Made by a program: the position numbers and the translations under genes. This document shows positions 9,439 to 19,324 of a stretch of DNA of 64,000 nt, piece after piece. Position 1 is the first letter of the stretch, and each line of letters starts with the position of its first letter. The DNA is taken from assembly GCA_026400075.1 (NCBI GenBank), contig JAPLPS010000038.1, positions 2,459-66,458 of the forward strand. Reading direction: 5' to 3'. The DNA comes from Polaromonas sp. Lineage in GTDB: Bacteria; Pseudomonadota; Gammaproteobacteria; Burkholderiales; Burkholderiaceae_C. The notes beneath the pieces were generated by a model. That model ran no database searches and was not told where the DNA came from. It saw only the letters and a list, made by a program, of their open reading frames with translations.

Positions 9439-10268
9439 CAAGCCGGGGTCAGGCGGCGAATGATCTCGCTGGTCGCACCCGCCTGGTTCATCGTGTAGAA
9501 ATGAATGCCGGGCACGCCCTGCGCCCGCAGCTGCTCGCACAGCGCGGTGATCACGTCCAGCCCGAAGCTCTTGATCGACGCGGTATCGTCGCCAAAGCCC
9601 TGCAGCCGCAGCCGTATCCAGCGCGGAATCTCCGCGCCGCAGGCGTCAGAAAAGCGCATCAGCTGGGTCGAACTGGTAATCGGCATGATGCCGGGCACCA
9701 CCGGCACGCTCACGCCGAGCCGCTGCACGTCATCGACAAAGCGAAAGTAAGCGTCAGCATTGAAAAAATACTGCGTGATGGCTGAATCGGCCCCGGCCTT
9801 GACCTTGGTGGCAAAAGCCTGCAAGTCGGCTTCGGCGGATTTGGCCTGCGGGTGAATTTCCGGGTAGGCGGCCACTTCGATGTGAAACGCGTCGCCGGTT
9901 TCAGCGCGAATAAAGGCCACCAGGTCGCTGGCATATTGAAACTCGCCGCCGCTGCCGTAGCCGCTGGGCAGGTCGCCGCGCAAGGCGACGAGACGATTCA
10001 CGCCCATCGCCCGCAGCGTGGCGAGCTGCTCACGCACCGTCGCCTGGGTCGCGCCGACGCAGGAGAAATGGCAGGCCGCTGCCACGCCTTCCTCCAGAAT
10101 CGCCTTGACCGTGCCGAACGTGCCTTCCTGCGTCGAGCCGCCCGCGCCAAACGTCACCGAGCAGAACTCGGGCTGGTGTGCGTAGAGCGCCTGACGCGTG
10201 GCGCGCAGCTTGTCGGCGCCCTCGGGGGTTTTAGGCGGAAAGAATTCAAAACTGACCGGAATTTTCAT
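9438..10268 (-). CDS. metF: 5,10-methylenetetrahydrofolate reductase
   Basis: SFEFFPPKT, SVTFGAGGST, ALRGD, AAYPEIHP, ITQYFF, HFYTMN. Confidence 0.96.
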   Translation of the reverse strand: MKIPVSFEFFPPKTPEGADKLRATRQALYAHQPEFCSVTFGAGGSTQEGTFGTVKAILEEGVAAACHFSCVGATQATVREQLATLRAMGVNRLVALRGDLPSGYGSGGEFQYASDLVAFIRAETGDAFHIEVAAYPEIHPQAKSAEADLQAFATKVKAGADSAITQYFFNADAYFRFVDDVQRLGVSVPVVPGIMPITSSTQLMRFSDACGAEIPRWIRLRLQGFGDDTASIKSFGLDVITALCEQLRAQGVPGIHFYTMNQAGATSEIIRRLTPA

Positions 10269-10287
10269 CGCTGACCTTTTCGTTTTT

Positions 10288-11367
10288 TCAGTTGTCTTCT
10301 GTCTTTTTGCCGCGCCGCTTGGCCGGGCCATGTTGACCGGCGTGGGCGGCTTCGGCCTCTTCCGAGTCTTCATGCGGGCCGCGCAGGGCGCGCAGTTCGC
10401 TGCGTGAGACGCGCTGCGCCACTTTGCGCTTGGGCGCGGCGGCCAGCGGCTGGTCTTCGCCGATGACGTGTTCGCCTTTTTGCGCGTGGATGAAGAACTC
10501 GCGGTTGCCGTCGCCACCGGCAATCGGCGACTCCAGCCAGGCTTTGACTTCCAGCCCGAGCGCGGCGCAGGCGTCGCGCAGGCGCTTTTCGACAAATTCA
10601 AAATGCACCGGGTCGCGCACGATGCCGCCCTTGCCGATCTGGCCGGGCTGCAATTCAAACTGCGGCTTGACCAGCATCAGCAAATGGCCGTGCGGCTTGA
10701 GCAGGCGCACCACGGCGGGCAGCACCAGCGTCAGCGAGATGAAGGACAGGTCGCCGGTCAGGAAGTCGAAGACGGGGTTGAAGCCGTCGGACTCCAGGCC
10801 GTCTTCGGCGCCGTCGCCAGCGTCTTCGCCTTCTTCGTCTTGACCGTCTTCGTCGTCGCTAAAGGCGTAGTTGCCGTATTGCGGCGCGCCCTCGTCGCTC
10901 TCGCCGAGCAGCGCCCGGCGGTGGTGCTCGACCAGCTCGTCGGCGGTCAGCGATCTGGCGTTGACGCCCTCGATGCAGACGACGCGCTCGTCAGCGCGCA
11001 AGGTGTCGTGCAGCTGGCCGTGGCCAACATCGACGCCGACAACCTGCTCGGCGCCGTGCTGCAGCAGGCAGTCGGTGAAGCCGCCGGTGGACTGGCCGAT
11101 ATCGAGGCAGCGCAGGCCGCTGACGCTCAAGCCGGTGCTTTTCAGCGCGCCTTCGAGTTTCAGGCCGCCGCGCGAAATGTATTTCGCCTCGGTGGTGTCC
11201 AGCACTTGCAGCTCGGCGTTGCCGGGAATCTCGTCGCCGTTTTTGGCGACTTTCTTCCAGGCGACGGCTTCATCGACCCGCCACTGTACGCCCGCCGCAA
11301 TCAGGCGCTGGGCCTGCGAGCGGGTGGTGGCGTGGCCGTGTTCAACCAAAAATAAGTCAGCGCGCAT
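10288..11367 (-). CDS. tlyA: TlyA-family rRNA 2'-O-methyltransferase
   Basis: S4-like start, YISRGGLKL, DIGQSTGGFTD, DLSFISL, VKPQFE, GGDGNREF. Confidence 0.92.
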   Translation of the reverse strand: MRADLFLVEHGHATTRSQAQRLIAAGVQWRVDEAVAWKKVAKNGDEIPGNAELQVLDTTEAKYISRGGLKLEGALKSTGLSVSGLRCLDIGQSTGGFTDCLLQHGAEQVVGVDVGHGQLHDTLRADERVVCIEGVNARSLTADELVEHHRRALLGESDEGAPQYGNYAFSDDEDGQDEEGEDAGDGAEDGLESDGFNPVFDFLTGDLSFISLTLVLPAVVRLLKPHGHLLMLVKPQFELQPGQIGKGGIVRDPVHFEFVEKRLRDACAALGLEVKAWLESPIAGGDGNREFFIHAQKGEHVIGEDQPLAAAPKRKVAQRVSRSELRALRGPHEDSEEAEAAHAGQHGPAKRRGKKTEDN

Positions 11368-11420
11368 AAAAATCTCTTTGTATCAACCAGCCAGCCCGAA
11401 AGCGGGCTGGCCTGGTCTCT

Positions 11421-12857
11421 TTAGTAACGGTAAGTGTTGGCCTTGTACGGGCCAGCTTTGGACACGCCAATATACGCGGCCTGCTCGTCGCTCAGTTCGC
11501 TCAGCATGGCGCCGACCTTTTTCAGGTGCAGGCGGGCGACTTTTTCATCGAGGTGCTTGGGCAGCACATAGACCTTGCCCGCTTCGTAATCGGCCTGCTT
11601 GGTGAACAGCTCGATTTGCGCAATCGTCTGGTTCGCAAAGCTCGACGACATGACAAAGCTCGGGTGGCCGGTGCCGCAGCCCAGGTTCACCAGACGGCCC
11701 TTGGCCAGCAAAATGATGCGCTTGCCATCCGGGAAAATGACGTGATCGACCTGCGGCTTGATCTCGTCCCAGGTGCAGCTTTCCAGCGACGCGACATCGA
11801 TTTCGTTGTCAAAGTGGCCGATGTTGCAGACGATGGACTGGTCTTTCATCGCCGCCATGTGGGCGTAGTTGATGACGTTCTTGTTGCCGGTGGCGGAGAC
11901 AAAAATATCGCACTTGTCGGCGGCGTATTCCATCGTCACGACCTTGAAGCCTTCCATCGCCGCCTGCAGCGCGTTGATCGGGTCGATTTCCGTGACCCAG
12001 ACCTGGGCGCGCAAGGCGAGCAGCGCCTGGGCGCAGCCCTTGCCCACGTCGCCGTAACCGGCCACGACGGCGACCTTGCCCGCAATCATCACATCGGTGG
12101 CGCGCTTGATGCCATCGACCAGCGACTCGCGGCAGCCGTACAGGTTGTCAAATTTCGATTTCGTCACCGAGTCGTTGACGTTGATGGCGCGCAGCGCCAG
12201 CGTGCCGTTGGCCGACATTTCGTTCAGGCGCAGCACGCCGGTGGTGGTTTCTTCGGTCACGCCGATGATGTTTTTCAGGCGGCGGCTGTACCAAGTGGGG
12301 TCTTGCGCCAGCTTGGCCTTGATCGAGTTGAACAGGCAGATTTCTTCTTCGCTGCCAGGCTTGGCGAGCAAGCTGGCGTCGGTTTCGGCCTGCGCGCCCA
12401 GGTGCATCAGCAGCGTCGCGTCGCCGCCGTCGTCCAGAATCATGTTCGGGCCTTCTTCGGGCGTGCCCTTGGCGCCGGTGAATTCAAAGATGCGGTGCGT
12501 GTAATCCCAGTAATCGGCCAGCGTTTCGCCCTTGATGGCGAACACGGGGGTGCCGGTGGCGGCAATCGCGGCGGCGGCGTGGTCTTGCGTCGAGAAGATG
12601 TTGCACGAGGCCCAGCGCACGTCGGCGCCCAGGGCTTGCAAGGTTTCGATCAGCACGCCGGTCTGGATCGTCATGTGCAGCGAGCCGGTGATGCGCGCGC
12701 CTTTCAGGGGCTGGGCGTCGGCGAATTCCTCGCGGATCGCCATCAGGCCGGGCATTTCGGTTTCGGCGATGGTCAGTTCCTTGCGGCCCCAGGCGGCCAG
12801 CGCCAGGTCGGCAATCACGCAATCGGGGTTTTGGGCGGTTTTCAGTGCAGCATTCAT
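11421..12857 (-). CDS. ahcY: Adenosylhomocysteinase
   Basis: [53 protein letters not shown]. Confidence 0.98.
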   Translation of the reverse strand: MNAALKTAQNPDCVIADLALAAWGRKELTIAETEMPGLMAIREEFADAQPLKGARITGSLHMTIQTGVLIETLQALGADVRWASCNIFSTQDHAAAAIAATGTPVFAIKGETLADYWDYTHRIFEFTGAKGTPEEGPNMILDDGGDATLLMHLGAQAETDASLLAKPGSEEEICLFNSIKAKLAQDPTWYSRRLKNIIGVTEETTTGVLRLNEMSANGTLALRAINVNDSVTKSKFDNLYGCRESLVDGIKRATDVMIAGKVAVVAGYGDVGKGCAQALLALRAQVWVTEIDPINALQAAMEGFKVVTMEYAADKCDIFVSATGNKNVINYAHMAAMKDQSIVCNIGHFDNEIDVASLESCTWDEIKPQVDHVIFPDGKRIILLAKGRLVNLGCGTGHPSFVMSSSFANQTIAQIELFTKQADYEAGKVYVLPKHLDEKVARLHLKKVGAMLSELSDEQAAYIGVSKAGPYKANTYRY

Positions 12858-12970
12858 GGGGAGCATCTCCAAAGGTCAGAAGTCAAACAGGGGGCTGGGT
12901 AGCCACGGGCTGGCCTTGAGGGGTCGGAAAGTCGGGGAAATGGGGACTCACCCGGCCTCAAGGCACATGC

Positions 12971-13043
12971 GGGTGAGCGTGGTTGCAAGCGAAAAGTCCT
13001 GAGCCTAGACCACATGCCGTGGGTTGCAACGCTCCTCAGGAGA
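12971..13043 (-). ncRNA. SAH riboswitch
   Basis: Minus strand reads CCUGAGGAGCGUUGCAAC...CUAGGCUCAGG...CAACCACGCUCACCC, the SAH aptamer pattern with GAGCG/CGCUC pseudoknot; in the ahcY 5' UTR just after a TACAAT -10 box (13050-13055). Confidence 0.9.
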
Positions 13044-13254
13044 GGGGCTATTGTAGCGAAATGGGGGTTGCAGGGTGGACGGACTGCGCGGAGGAGAAGC
13101 CGCGAAGCGGCTTAACGCAGGATTTCTCTTTATGCAACCGCCAACCATGCGTTGTAGTACAGCGCACTTGACAAGATTTATACCACCGCCTGCGGACGCT
13201 TAATCCGCTGGCGCTGAGTGAAAATTGTCCTCCCTCGCTTTGGCGAGTCCACTT

Positions 13255-13484
13255 CAGTTCCACGCTCTCAACACCTACTGAGCAAACTCAAAATGTCTTT
13301 CAGTAGCATCTACCATACATCTGACTTTGCCAAGTACGGTCAGTTCTATCTCGCAGATGTTCTGTACCGTTTTAATCGCCATTTTGACCTACCGGCCATT
13401 TTGACTCGACTAGCCCGGGCTGTAGCACTGACTGCCGCGCATTCAATGCATCCTTCGGGCGGCCGAAGTTGGGGACTAATCAGG
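13255..13484 (+). mobile_element. IS1595-family (ISXO2-like) transposase 3' remnant with right end
   Basis: Translates to LKMSFSSIYHTSDFAKYGQFYLADVLYRFNRHFDL, like the IS1595 C-terminal YLAExxYRFNRR motif; frameshifted upstream; ends in CTAATCAGG. Confidence 0.75.
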
Positions 13485-13513
13485 TATACGATATGCTCGA
13501 CTTCATCGATCAC

Positions 13514-13801
13514 TCAGAATAGGTCGAAAAGTTTTAACAAAAGCCCGGCTACACTCCCAACGCCATTTAATGCATCCAAGGATTTCGAAAGATACTCCCT
13601 TGAAGGCTTTTCATCCTCCAGCTTTCGCGCAGTCAATGCTATGGCACGCTGAACTGTGTGCTGTGTGTTAGGCGACAGACTTCTGTCGGCCGCTACAGTC
13701 TCAGACATTTGTTCAAGCAGGTTGATTGCGGTGGCATTAGCAGCGCTTATTTCAATATTTTTTTGTGTTGTAATTATTGAATTATTATTATTGACAATCA
13801 T
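13514..13801 (-). CDS. Hypothetical 95-aa protein, Asn-rich N-terminus and amphipathic helical C-terminus
   Basis: AAGGAG SD, ATGA overlap with the upstream gene, AT-rich. Confidence 0.75.
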   Translation of the reverse strand: MIVNNNNSIITTQKNIEISAANATAINLLEQMSETVAADRSLSPNTQHTVQRAIALTARKLEDEKPSREYLSKSLDALNGVGSVAGLLLKLFDLF

Positions 13802-14418
13802 GCGTAAATCTCCTTGATATTTTGCTCGTAGATGGTAGAACCAACGTTATTCACTGTAGTATTGCCAGAGAGATCAATGGCATTTATATTGTAAGTCTTT
13901 GAGCTATGCTCAGGACTGATCATTGCATTCTTTACGGCACGTACTACTGTTGCGATTCCGTCTCGATCAAATGAATAGAAAACAGGTCGTGAACCTGCAT
14001 TAGTTTCGATTGCAAGTGAATATACAATAGGCGGCTCATCTTTTAACTTCTTCCAAATTGCATGCTTCTTTTGAAAGGCGAATTTTCTATTTGCCCAAGC
14101 GGACTTCTCGGATGATTTTCCGTCAAAAAAACTAAGAAAACCAATAAAAATTCCAATCCAAAAGGAGGCTGGATGCTTGAAATATAGGGTTCCAAAATAC
14201 CCAATGACACCCCAGAAAATTAATACAAATACATTTATTGAACCACTCGGCTCTTTCTCTGTAAATGTTGGCTCAGGGACATCAAGAAGGACTTTCTCCT
14301 CCCGCCGAGAGATACCTGTTAGGTTACGGATTTGCCAAGCATCGTCACCTACTTCTATGAGTTTTTCACCAATCACGATTTCTCGACGCGCGGTTGGTAT
14401 ATTCTTATCAATTTCCAT
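13798..14418 (-). CDS. Hypothetical 2-TM membrane protein (DUF6232-like)
   Basis: Two hydrophobic segments; N-terminal AWQIRNLTGIS resembles DUF6232 from memory; AAGGA SD before ATG 14418. Confidence 0.7.
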   Translation of the reverse strand: MEIDKNIPTARREIVIGEKLIEVGDDAWQIRNLTGISRREEKVLLDVPEPTFTEKEPSGSINVFVLIFWGVIGYFGTLYFKHPASFWIGIFIGFLSFFDGKSSEKSAWANRKFAFQKKHAIWKKLKDEPPIVYSLAIETNAGSRPVFYSFDRDGIATVVRAVKNAMISPEHSSKTYNINAIDLSGNTTVNNVGSTIYEQNIKEIYA

Positions 14419-15301
14419 ACCCATCCTTAATACTTTAATGATTTTTAATAAGGCTAACACTACTATACAAAAACACATATTTTTCTTATTTTAAAAATTG
14501 CTTAAAACCAATTTACAACAAAGCCAGCAGAACTTCCACTACAGTCTTTAAAAGCAGTTTAAAAACAACAGCAAACCGTTCAATTTTTAAGAAAATTAGA
14601 CCAAACTCATCAAAACACCAAAATAATACTCTATTTTTACACACTACAGCAACAATTTTTATCTTTTTTATTTTTCTATTTTTTTAACGAACTATTGAAT
14701 TTCAAGTCATTTAGCTAGCTGCCGAAATACTTCAAAGCAAAGTTCGCCGACTGGAAAATCTCAGTCGATAATTTGATGAAGCCCTTTTCCACCCAGCACA
14801 ACCTCAAACCAAATCATATTTACTGAGTTGACACTTTCAAGAAAAAACCATCAATAGTGCATCACCAAGTTAACTTGGTGCCACGTAACCATCCACTCCC
14901 TCAATATGCAAGATGGTCAATGAGGCATTGGTAAAGATGAAAAATTTGTTTACCGGGTTGCACAAAGTGGACATCAAAGGCGGGCATCCCAGCATGGTTC
15001 CAGAGAAAATCCTACGCTGGCGAGGCTAGTATTTCAGCAGTCTATCAAGGGTTGTGATTAAAAGCAAAAAAATGCAACACTGAAAAAGTCAAAATTTTCA
15101 TAAATTCCAAAAAAAAATCATAAACCATCGTAACCGCTGGAATTTATCTAACAAAGAACATCTTTACTGTCCATCAAATGAACGACTCCGGCAGCCCCAA
15201 ACCGCCACCGCCAGCGCCCCAACCGCCCGCGCACCGTCACCCGCGCATGTTAAAAACAAGCCTCCCGCAGGGCTTTCCAAAAATTCACCAAAGTTAAACC
15301 C

Positions 15302-16420
15302 ATGAAACGTCTGACAGGCCCGCTGCTTGCCGTGATCCTGCTCGCGGGCATTGGCGTGGCGGGCTACCGCTCGCATGTCCAGAATACCGCGCAGCAAACG
15401 GCCCAGCTCGAAGCGACCAAAGTCCAAACCGTGCGCGGCCTGATCGGCTCGGAGAAAGAAGGCTTTTTCAACGACCCGCGCCTGACCGCCATCCTGCAAA
15501 AAAACGGCCTGCGCGTCCAGCTTGAAAAAGCCGGTTCCCGCGCCATCGCCCAGCGCGGCGACCTGATGCGCTTTGATTTTGCCCACCCGTCGGGCGCACC
15601 GGCGGCGCTGAAAATCCAGCAGGCGGTCAAGGCGCCGCAGGTGTTCACGCCGTTTTTCACGCCAATGGTGATCGCTTCGTGGAAGCCGCTGCTGCCGGTG
15701 CTGGAGCGCGAAGGCCTCGTCAAACAGCAGGCGGGCACGTATTACCTGAGCGACATGCCCAAACTGCTGCGCCTGATGGACCAGGGCGTGCGCTGGAAAG
15801 ACCTGCCCGGCAACAGCGCCTACCCGGTCAGCAAAAGCCTGCTGGTCTCCAGCACCGACGTGCGCAGCTCCAACTCCGCCGCCATGTATTTGGCGCTGGC
15901 CAGCTACGTCGCCAACGACAGCAACGTCGTGCAATCCGAGGCGGAGCTGGAAAAAGTGCTGCCGCTGATGGGCCGCATTTTCCTGAAACAGGGCTTTCAG
16001 GAAGCCTCCAGCGCCGGGCCTTTTGACGATTACCTGTCGATGGGCATGGGCAAGGCGCCGCTGGTGATGGTGTATGAATCGCAGTTCCTCGAATACCTGG
16101 CGCGTCAGGCGGCCAGCGGCAGCGCGCCCAACCCGGACATGGTGTTGCTGTATCCGCAGCCGACGATTTTTTCGAAGCACGTCTTTGTCGGCATCAGCCC
16201 GAACGGCGTCAAGCTCGGCCAGTTGCTGGAAACCGACCCCGAGCTGCAGGCGCTGGCGATTGAGTACGGCTACCGCACCAGCACCCAGGCGCTGTTCGCC
16301 AAGGCCAGCCAAGCCAAAAAATGGCCGGTGCCCGCCACGCTGACCGATGTGATTGACCCGCCCTCGTTTGAGGTGCTGGAGCGCATGATTGCCGAGATTG
16401 AAAAGAAATACGCCCGCTGA
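15302..16420 (+). CDS. Membrane-anchored substrate-binding-fold (PBP-II) protein of a TelA operon
   Basis: N-terminal hydrophobic anchor; GSEKEGFF, FFTPMVIASW, STDVRSSNSAAMYLAL, YESQF. Confidence 0.8.
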   Translation: MKRLTGPLLAVILLAGIGVAGYRSHVQNTAQQTAQLEATKVQTVRGLIGSEKEGFFNDPRLTAILQKNGLRVQLEKAGSRAIAQRGDLMRFDFAHPSGAPAALKIQQAVKAPQVFTPFFTPMVIASWKPLLPVLEREGLVKQQAGTYYLSDMPKLLRLMDQGVRWKDLPGNSAYPVSKSLLVSSTDVRSSNSAAMYLALASYVANDSNVVQSEAELEKVLPLMGRIFLKQGFQEASSAGPFDDYLSMGMGKAPLVMVYESQFLEYLARQAASGSAPNPDMVLLYPQPTIFSKHVFVGISPNGVKLGQLLETDPELQALAIEYGYRTSTQALFAKASQAKKWPVPATLTDVIDPPSFEVLERMIAEIEKKYAR

Positions 16421-16490
16421 ATCCCGCTCAAGCCCGCCAAAGCCCGCTTCGCCCCCGTCGCCCATTCCACCCTTACATCAGGAGTCCGTT

Positions 16491-17675
16491 ATGAATTCCC
16501 CCGCCACCTTCACGCTGACGCCACCCGAAACCCTCGCGCCCATCCCCGCGCCCGTCGCCAAAGACGCCGTGCCGCTGTCACCGGAAACCTCAAACCAGGT
16601 CGATGCGCAAGTCGATAACTTCATCGGCAAGCTGCTCAGCGAAGACCTGCACAGCGACGCTTTTAAAACGCGCATGGACTCGGCCTTCCGGCTGGGCAAG
16701 GAGGAGGTCTCCAGCGCCGCTTCGCTGATGACCGGGCGCTTCATGGAGCGCAACTTTGTCGGGCTGGAAGATTCCCCCGCCTACAAAGCCATTGCCGATC
16801 TGCGCGGCCAGCTCGACAAACTCAATCCGGGCCGGGACGGCGATTTGCTCGCGCCGCAAAAAATCCTCGGCTTCATTCCGTTTGGCAACAAGCTGCAAAA
16901 CTACTTTCGCGCCTACCAGACCGCCGGGGTGCAACTGCAAAAAACCATGGAACAACTGCACACCGCCCGCGACGACATGCTGCGCGACACGGTGGAACTC
17001 GAAGCCACACGCGGCAAACTCTGGGAATCCATGCTGCGACTGAAAGCGGCGATTCGCTTTTGCGAGCAGCTCGACGCCCGGCTGGCGGACCAAGTCGCCG
17101 CGCTGAAAACCAGCGACCCGGAACGCGCCAAGGCGCTGGAGCAGGAAGTGCTGTTTTACGCCCGGCAAAACCTGAGCGACCTTTACACGCAACTGGCCGT
17201 GTCGGTGAACGGCTACCTGGCGCTGGGCGAGCTGAAAAAAACCGGCCGCGAAGTCATGAACGGCTGTGACCGCGTCGCCACCACCGGCATGAGCGCCCTG
17301 GCCGTGGCGCAAACCGTGGCCCGCGCCACCGGCAACCAGATCAAGGTGATGGACATGCTCAAGGGCGTGTCCGGCACGATTGAATCGCTCATTGCCGAGA
17401 GCAGCAAGCAGCTCGGCCAGCACGTCGAGCGCAGTGGCGAATTCGCCGCCAACCCGCTGATCGGCGTCGAGCGGCTGAAAGAAAGTTTTGACGTCACTTT
17501 CAAGGCGATGGACGCGATGGACACGTTCCGCTCCAAAGCGATTGAAACGATGGGCCGCAACAACGCGATGATGAAAACCCAGATTGAGCGCTCCGAGCAG
17601 TACCTGGACCGCTCACGCGGCGAAAAAGCCCGCGCCGCGATGACGCAGCAACTGGCCGGGCCGGTGGCGCTGTGA
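16491..17675 (+). CDS. telA: Toxic anion resistance protein TelA/KlaA family
   Basis: Long helical coiled-coil ORF with KILGFIPFGNKLQNYF and LEQEVLFYARQ; CAGGAG SD. Confidence 0.85.
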   Translation: MNSPATFTLTPPETLAPIPAPVAKDAVPLSPETSNQVDAQVDNFIGKLLSEDLHSDAFKTRMDSAFRLGKEEVSSAASLMTGRFMERNFVGLEDSPAYKAIADLRGQLDKLNPGRDGDLLAPQKILGFIPFGNKLQNYFRAYQTAGVQLQKTMEQLHTARDDMLRDTVELEATRGKLWESMLRLKAAIRFCEQLDARLADQVAALKTSDPERAKALEQEVLFYARQNLSDLYTQLAVSVNGYLALGELKKTGREVMNGCDRVATTGMSALAVAQTVARATGNQIKVMDMLKGVSGTIESLIAESSKQLGQHVERSGEFAANPLIGVERLKESFDVTFKAMDAMDTFRSKAIETMGRNNAMMKTQIERSEQYLDRSRGEKARAAMTQQLAGPVAL

Positions 17676-19324
17676 ACGCGGCACGGCTGCCCGCCGTGAA
17701 AGGCTTTTTTTCAAAATTCCCCGCCGCGCTGCTGGCGCTATCGTTGCTGACGGCGCTGGCGCTCGGCCTGAGCGGCTGCAAGCGCCAAGAAAACACGCCC
17801 GCCGCCGCCAGCGCCCAGCCCGGCGCCAACAGCTTCACGATTCTGGCCGGCTCCGAGCTGAAAGACATTGAGCCGCTGCTGCCGGCGCTGGAACAGGCCA
17901 CCGGCCTGCGCGTCGTTTTTAAATACGCGGGCACGCTCGAAGCCGTGGAGCGCCTGCAAAGCGGTGAAAGTTTCGACGCCGCCTGGCTGGCCAGCAACCG
18001 CTACGCGCTGCTGACGCCGGGCGTGAAAGAAAAAGTGCTCGCCAGCGAACGCACCATGCTGACGCCCGTGGTGCTGGGCCTGAAACAAAGCAAGGCCAAA
18101 GCGCTGGGCTGGCTGGACGCCAGCGGCCAGCCCCGCCCCGGCGTGACCTGGAAAGACATTGCCCAAGCCGCCGAAAAAGGCCAGTTCAGCTTCGGCATGA
18201 CCAGCCCCAGCGCCAGCAACACCGGCTTTTCCGGCCTGATCGGGCTGGCCGCCGCGCTGGCCGACAAAGGCGACGCGCTGGAAGAAAAAGACATCGACGC
18301 CAAGCGCCTCACCGCCTTTTTCAAGGCGCAAACCCTGACCGCCGGTTCCTCCGGCTGGCTGGCGCAGGCCTATGTCAAAGAGCAGGCCCGCATTGACGGC
18401 ATGATCAACTACGCCGCCAGCCTGCACGCACTCAACGCCAGCGGCCAGCTGGCCGAGCCACTGGCGCTGATCTACCCGCAAGAAGGCATCCTGACGGCAG
18501 ACTACCCGCTGATGCTGCTGAACAACGCCCGGCGCGCCGACTACGACAAGCTGCTCGCCTTCGTGCGCTCTGCGGCATTTCAAACGCCGATGACGCAGCA
18601 AACCTTCCGCAAGCCCGTCGCCGCCGAAGTCGCGTTTGACGCCAAGCTGTATCCGTCCACGCTGATCGAGCTGCCGTTTCCGGCCCGGCTGGCGGTGATT
18701 GACGCGGTGCTGCAGGCGTTTGACGACCAGATTCGCCGCCCGGCCGATTCCAGCTTTGTGCTCGATATTTCCGGCTCCATGCGCGGGGATCGGCTGGCGC
18801 AAATGAAAACCGCGCTGCTCGGCCTGACCGGCGTGGACAGCACGCTCTCCGGGCGCTTTGCCCGGCTGCGCGAGCGCGAAAAAATCAGCCTGCTGGCCTT
18901 TGACGACACGCTGCGCCCGGCGCAAGACTTCACGCTGCAAACCGGCCAGCGCGAAGCCGCCGAACAAGCCATACGCGGCTACGTCAACGCGCTGCAAGTG
19001 GGCGGCGGCACGGCGATTTTCACGGCAGCCCAGGCGGCCTATCAAGCTGCCGTCCAGCGGCGCAAGCTGGATGCCAGCCGCTTTTATTCCGTCGTGCTGC
19101 TCACCGATGGCGAGAGCAACAAGGGCTTGAGCAGCGACGAGTTTGCCGCCTGGTACGGCGCGCTGCCCGAGGCGGACAAGGGCCTGCGTATCTACGCCAT
19201 CCAGTTTGGCGAAGCCCGCGCCGAGCAGCTCGAAGCGCTGGCCAGCCTGACGGGCGGGCGCGTCTTCAACGCCACGCGCACGCCGCTGACGCAGGTGTTC
19301 AAGGAAATCCGGGGTTACCAATGA
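17672..19324 (+). CDS. Lipoprotein with N-terminal substrate-binding domain and C-terminal vWA domain
   Basis: Lipobox LSGC; MIDAS DISGS, GGTAI, LLTDGE; GTGA overlap with telA. Confidence 0.88.
   Translation: MNAARLPAVKGFFSKFPAALLALSLLTALALGLSGCKRQENTPAAASAQPGANSFTILAGSELKDIEPLLPALEQATGLRVVFKYAGTLEAVERLQSGESFDAAWLASNRYALLTPGVKEKVLASERTMLTPVVLGLKQSKAKALGWLDASGQPRPGVTWKDIAQAAEKGQFSFGMTSPSASNTGFSGLIGLAAALADKGDALEEKDIDAKRLTAFFKAQTLTAGSSGWLAQAYVKEQARIDGMINYAASLHALNASGQLAEPLALIYPQEGILTADYPLMLLNNARRADYDKLLAFVRSAAFQTPMTQQTFRKPVAAEVAFDAKLYPSTLIELPFPARLAVIDAVLQAFDDQIRRPADSSFVLDISGSMRGDRLAQMKTALLGLTGVDSTLSGRFARLREREKISLLAFDDTLRPAQDFTLQTGQREAAEQAIRGYVNALQVGGGTAIFTAAQAAYQAAVQRRKLDASRFYSVVLLTDGESNKGLSSDEFAAWYGALPEADKGLRIYAIQFGEARAEQLEALASLTGGRVFNATRTPLTQVFKEIRGYQ

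Noticed and set aside
11387-11416. Hairpin between ahcY and tlyA as a terminator or REP element
   Set aside because: No U-tract and no further copies noticed in the window.
14715-14815. Short minus-strand frame (WVEKGFIKLSTEIFQSANFALKYFGS) in the AT-rich spacer
   Set aside because: Too short, bounded by stops, no start or recognisable family.
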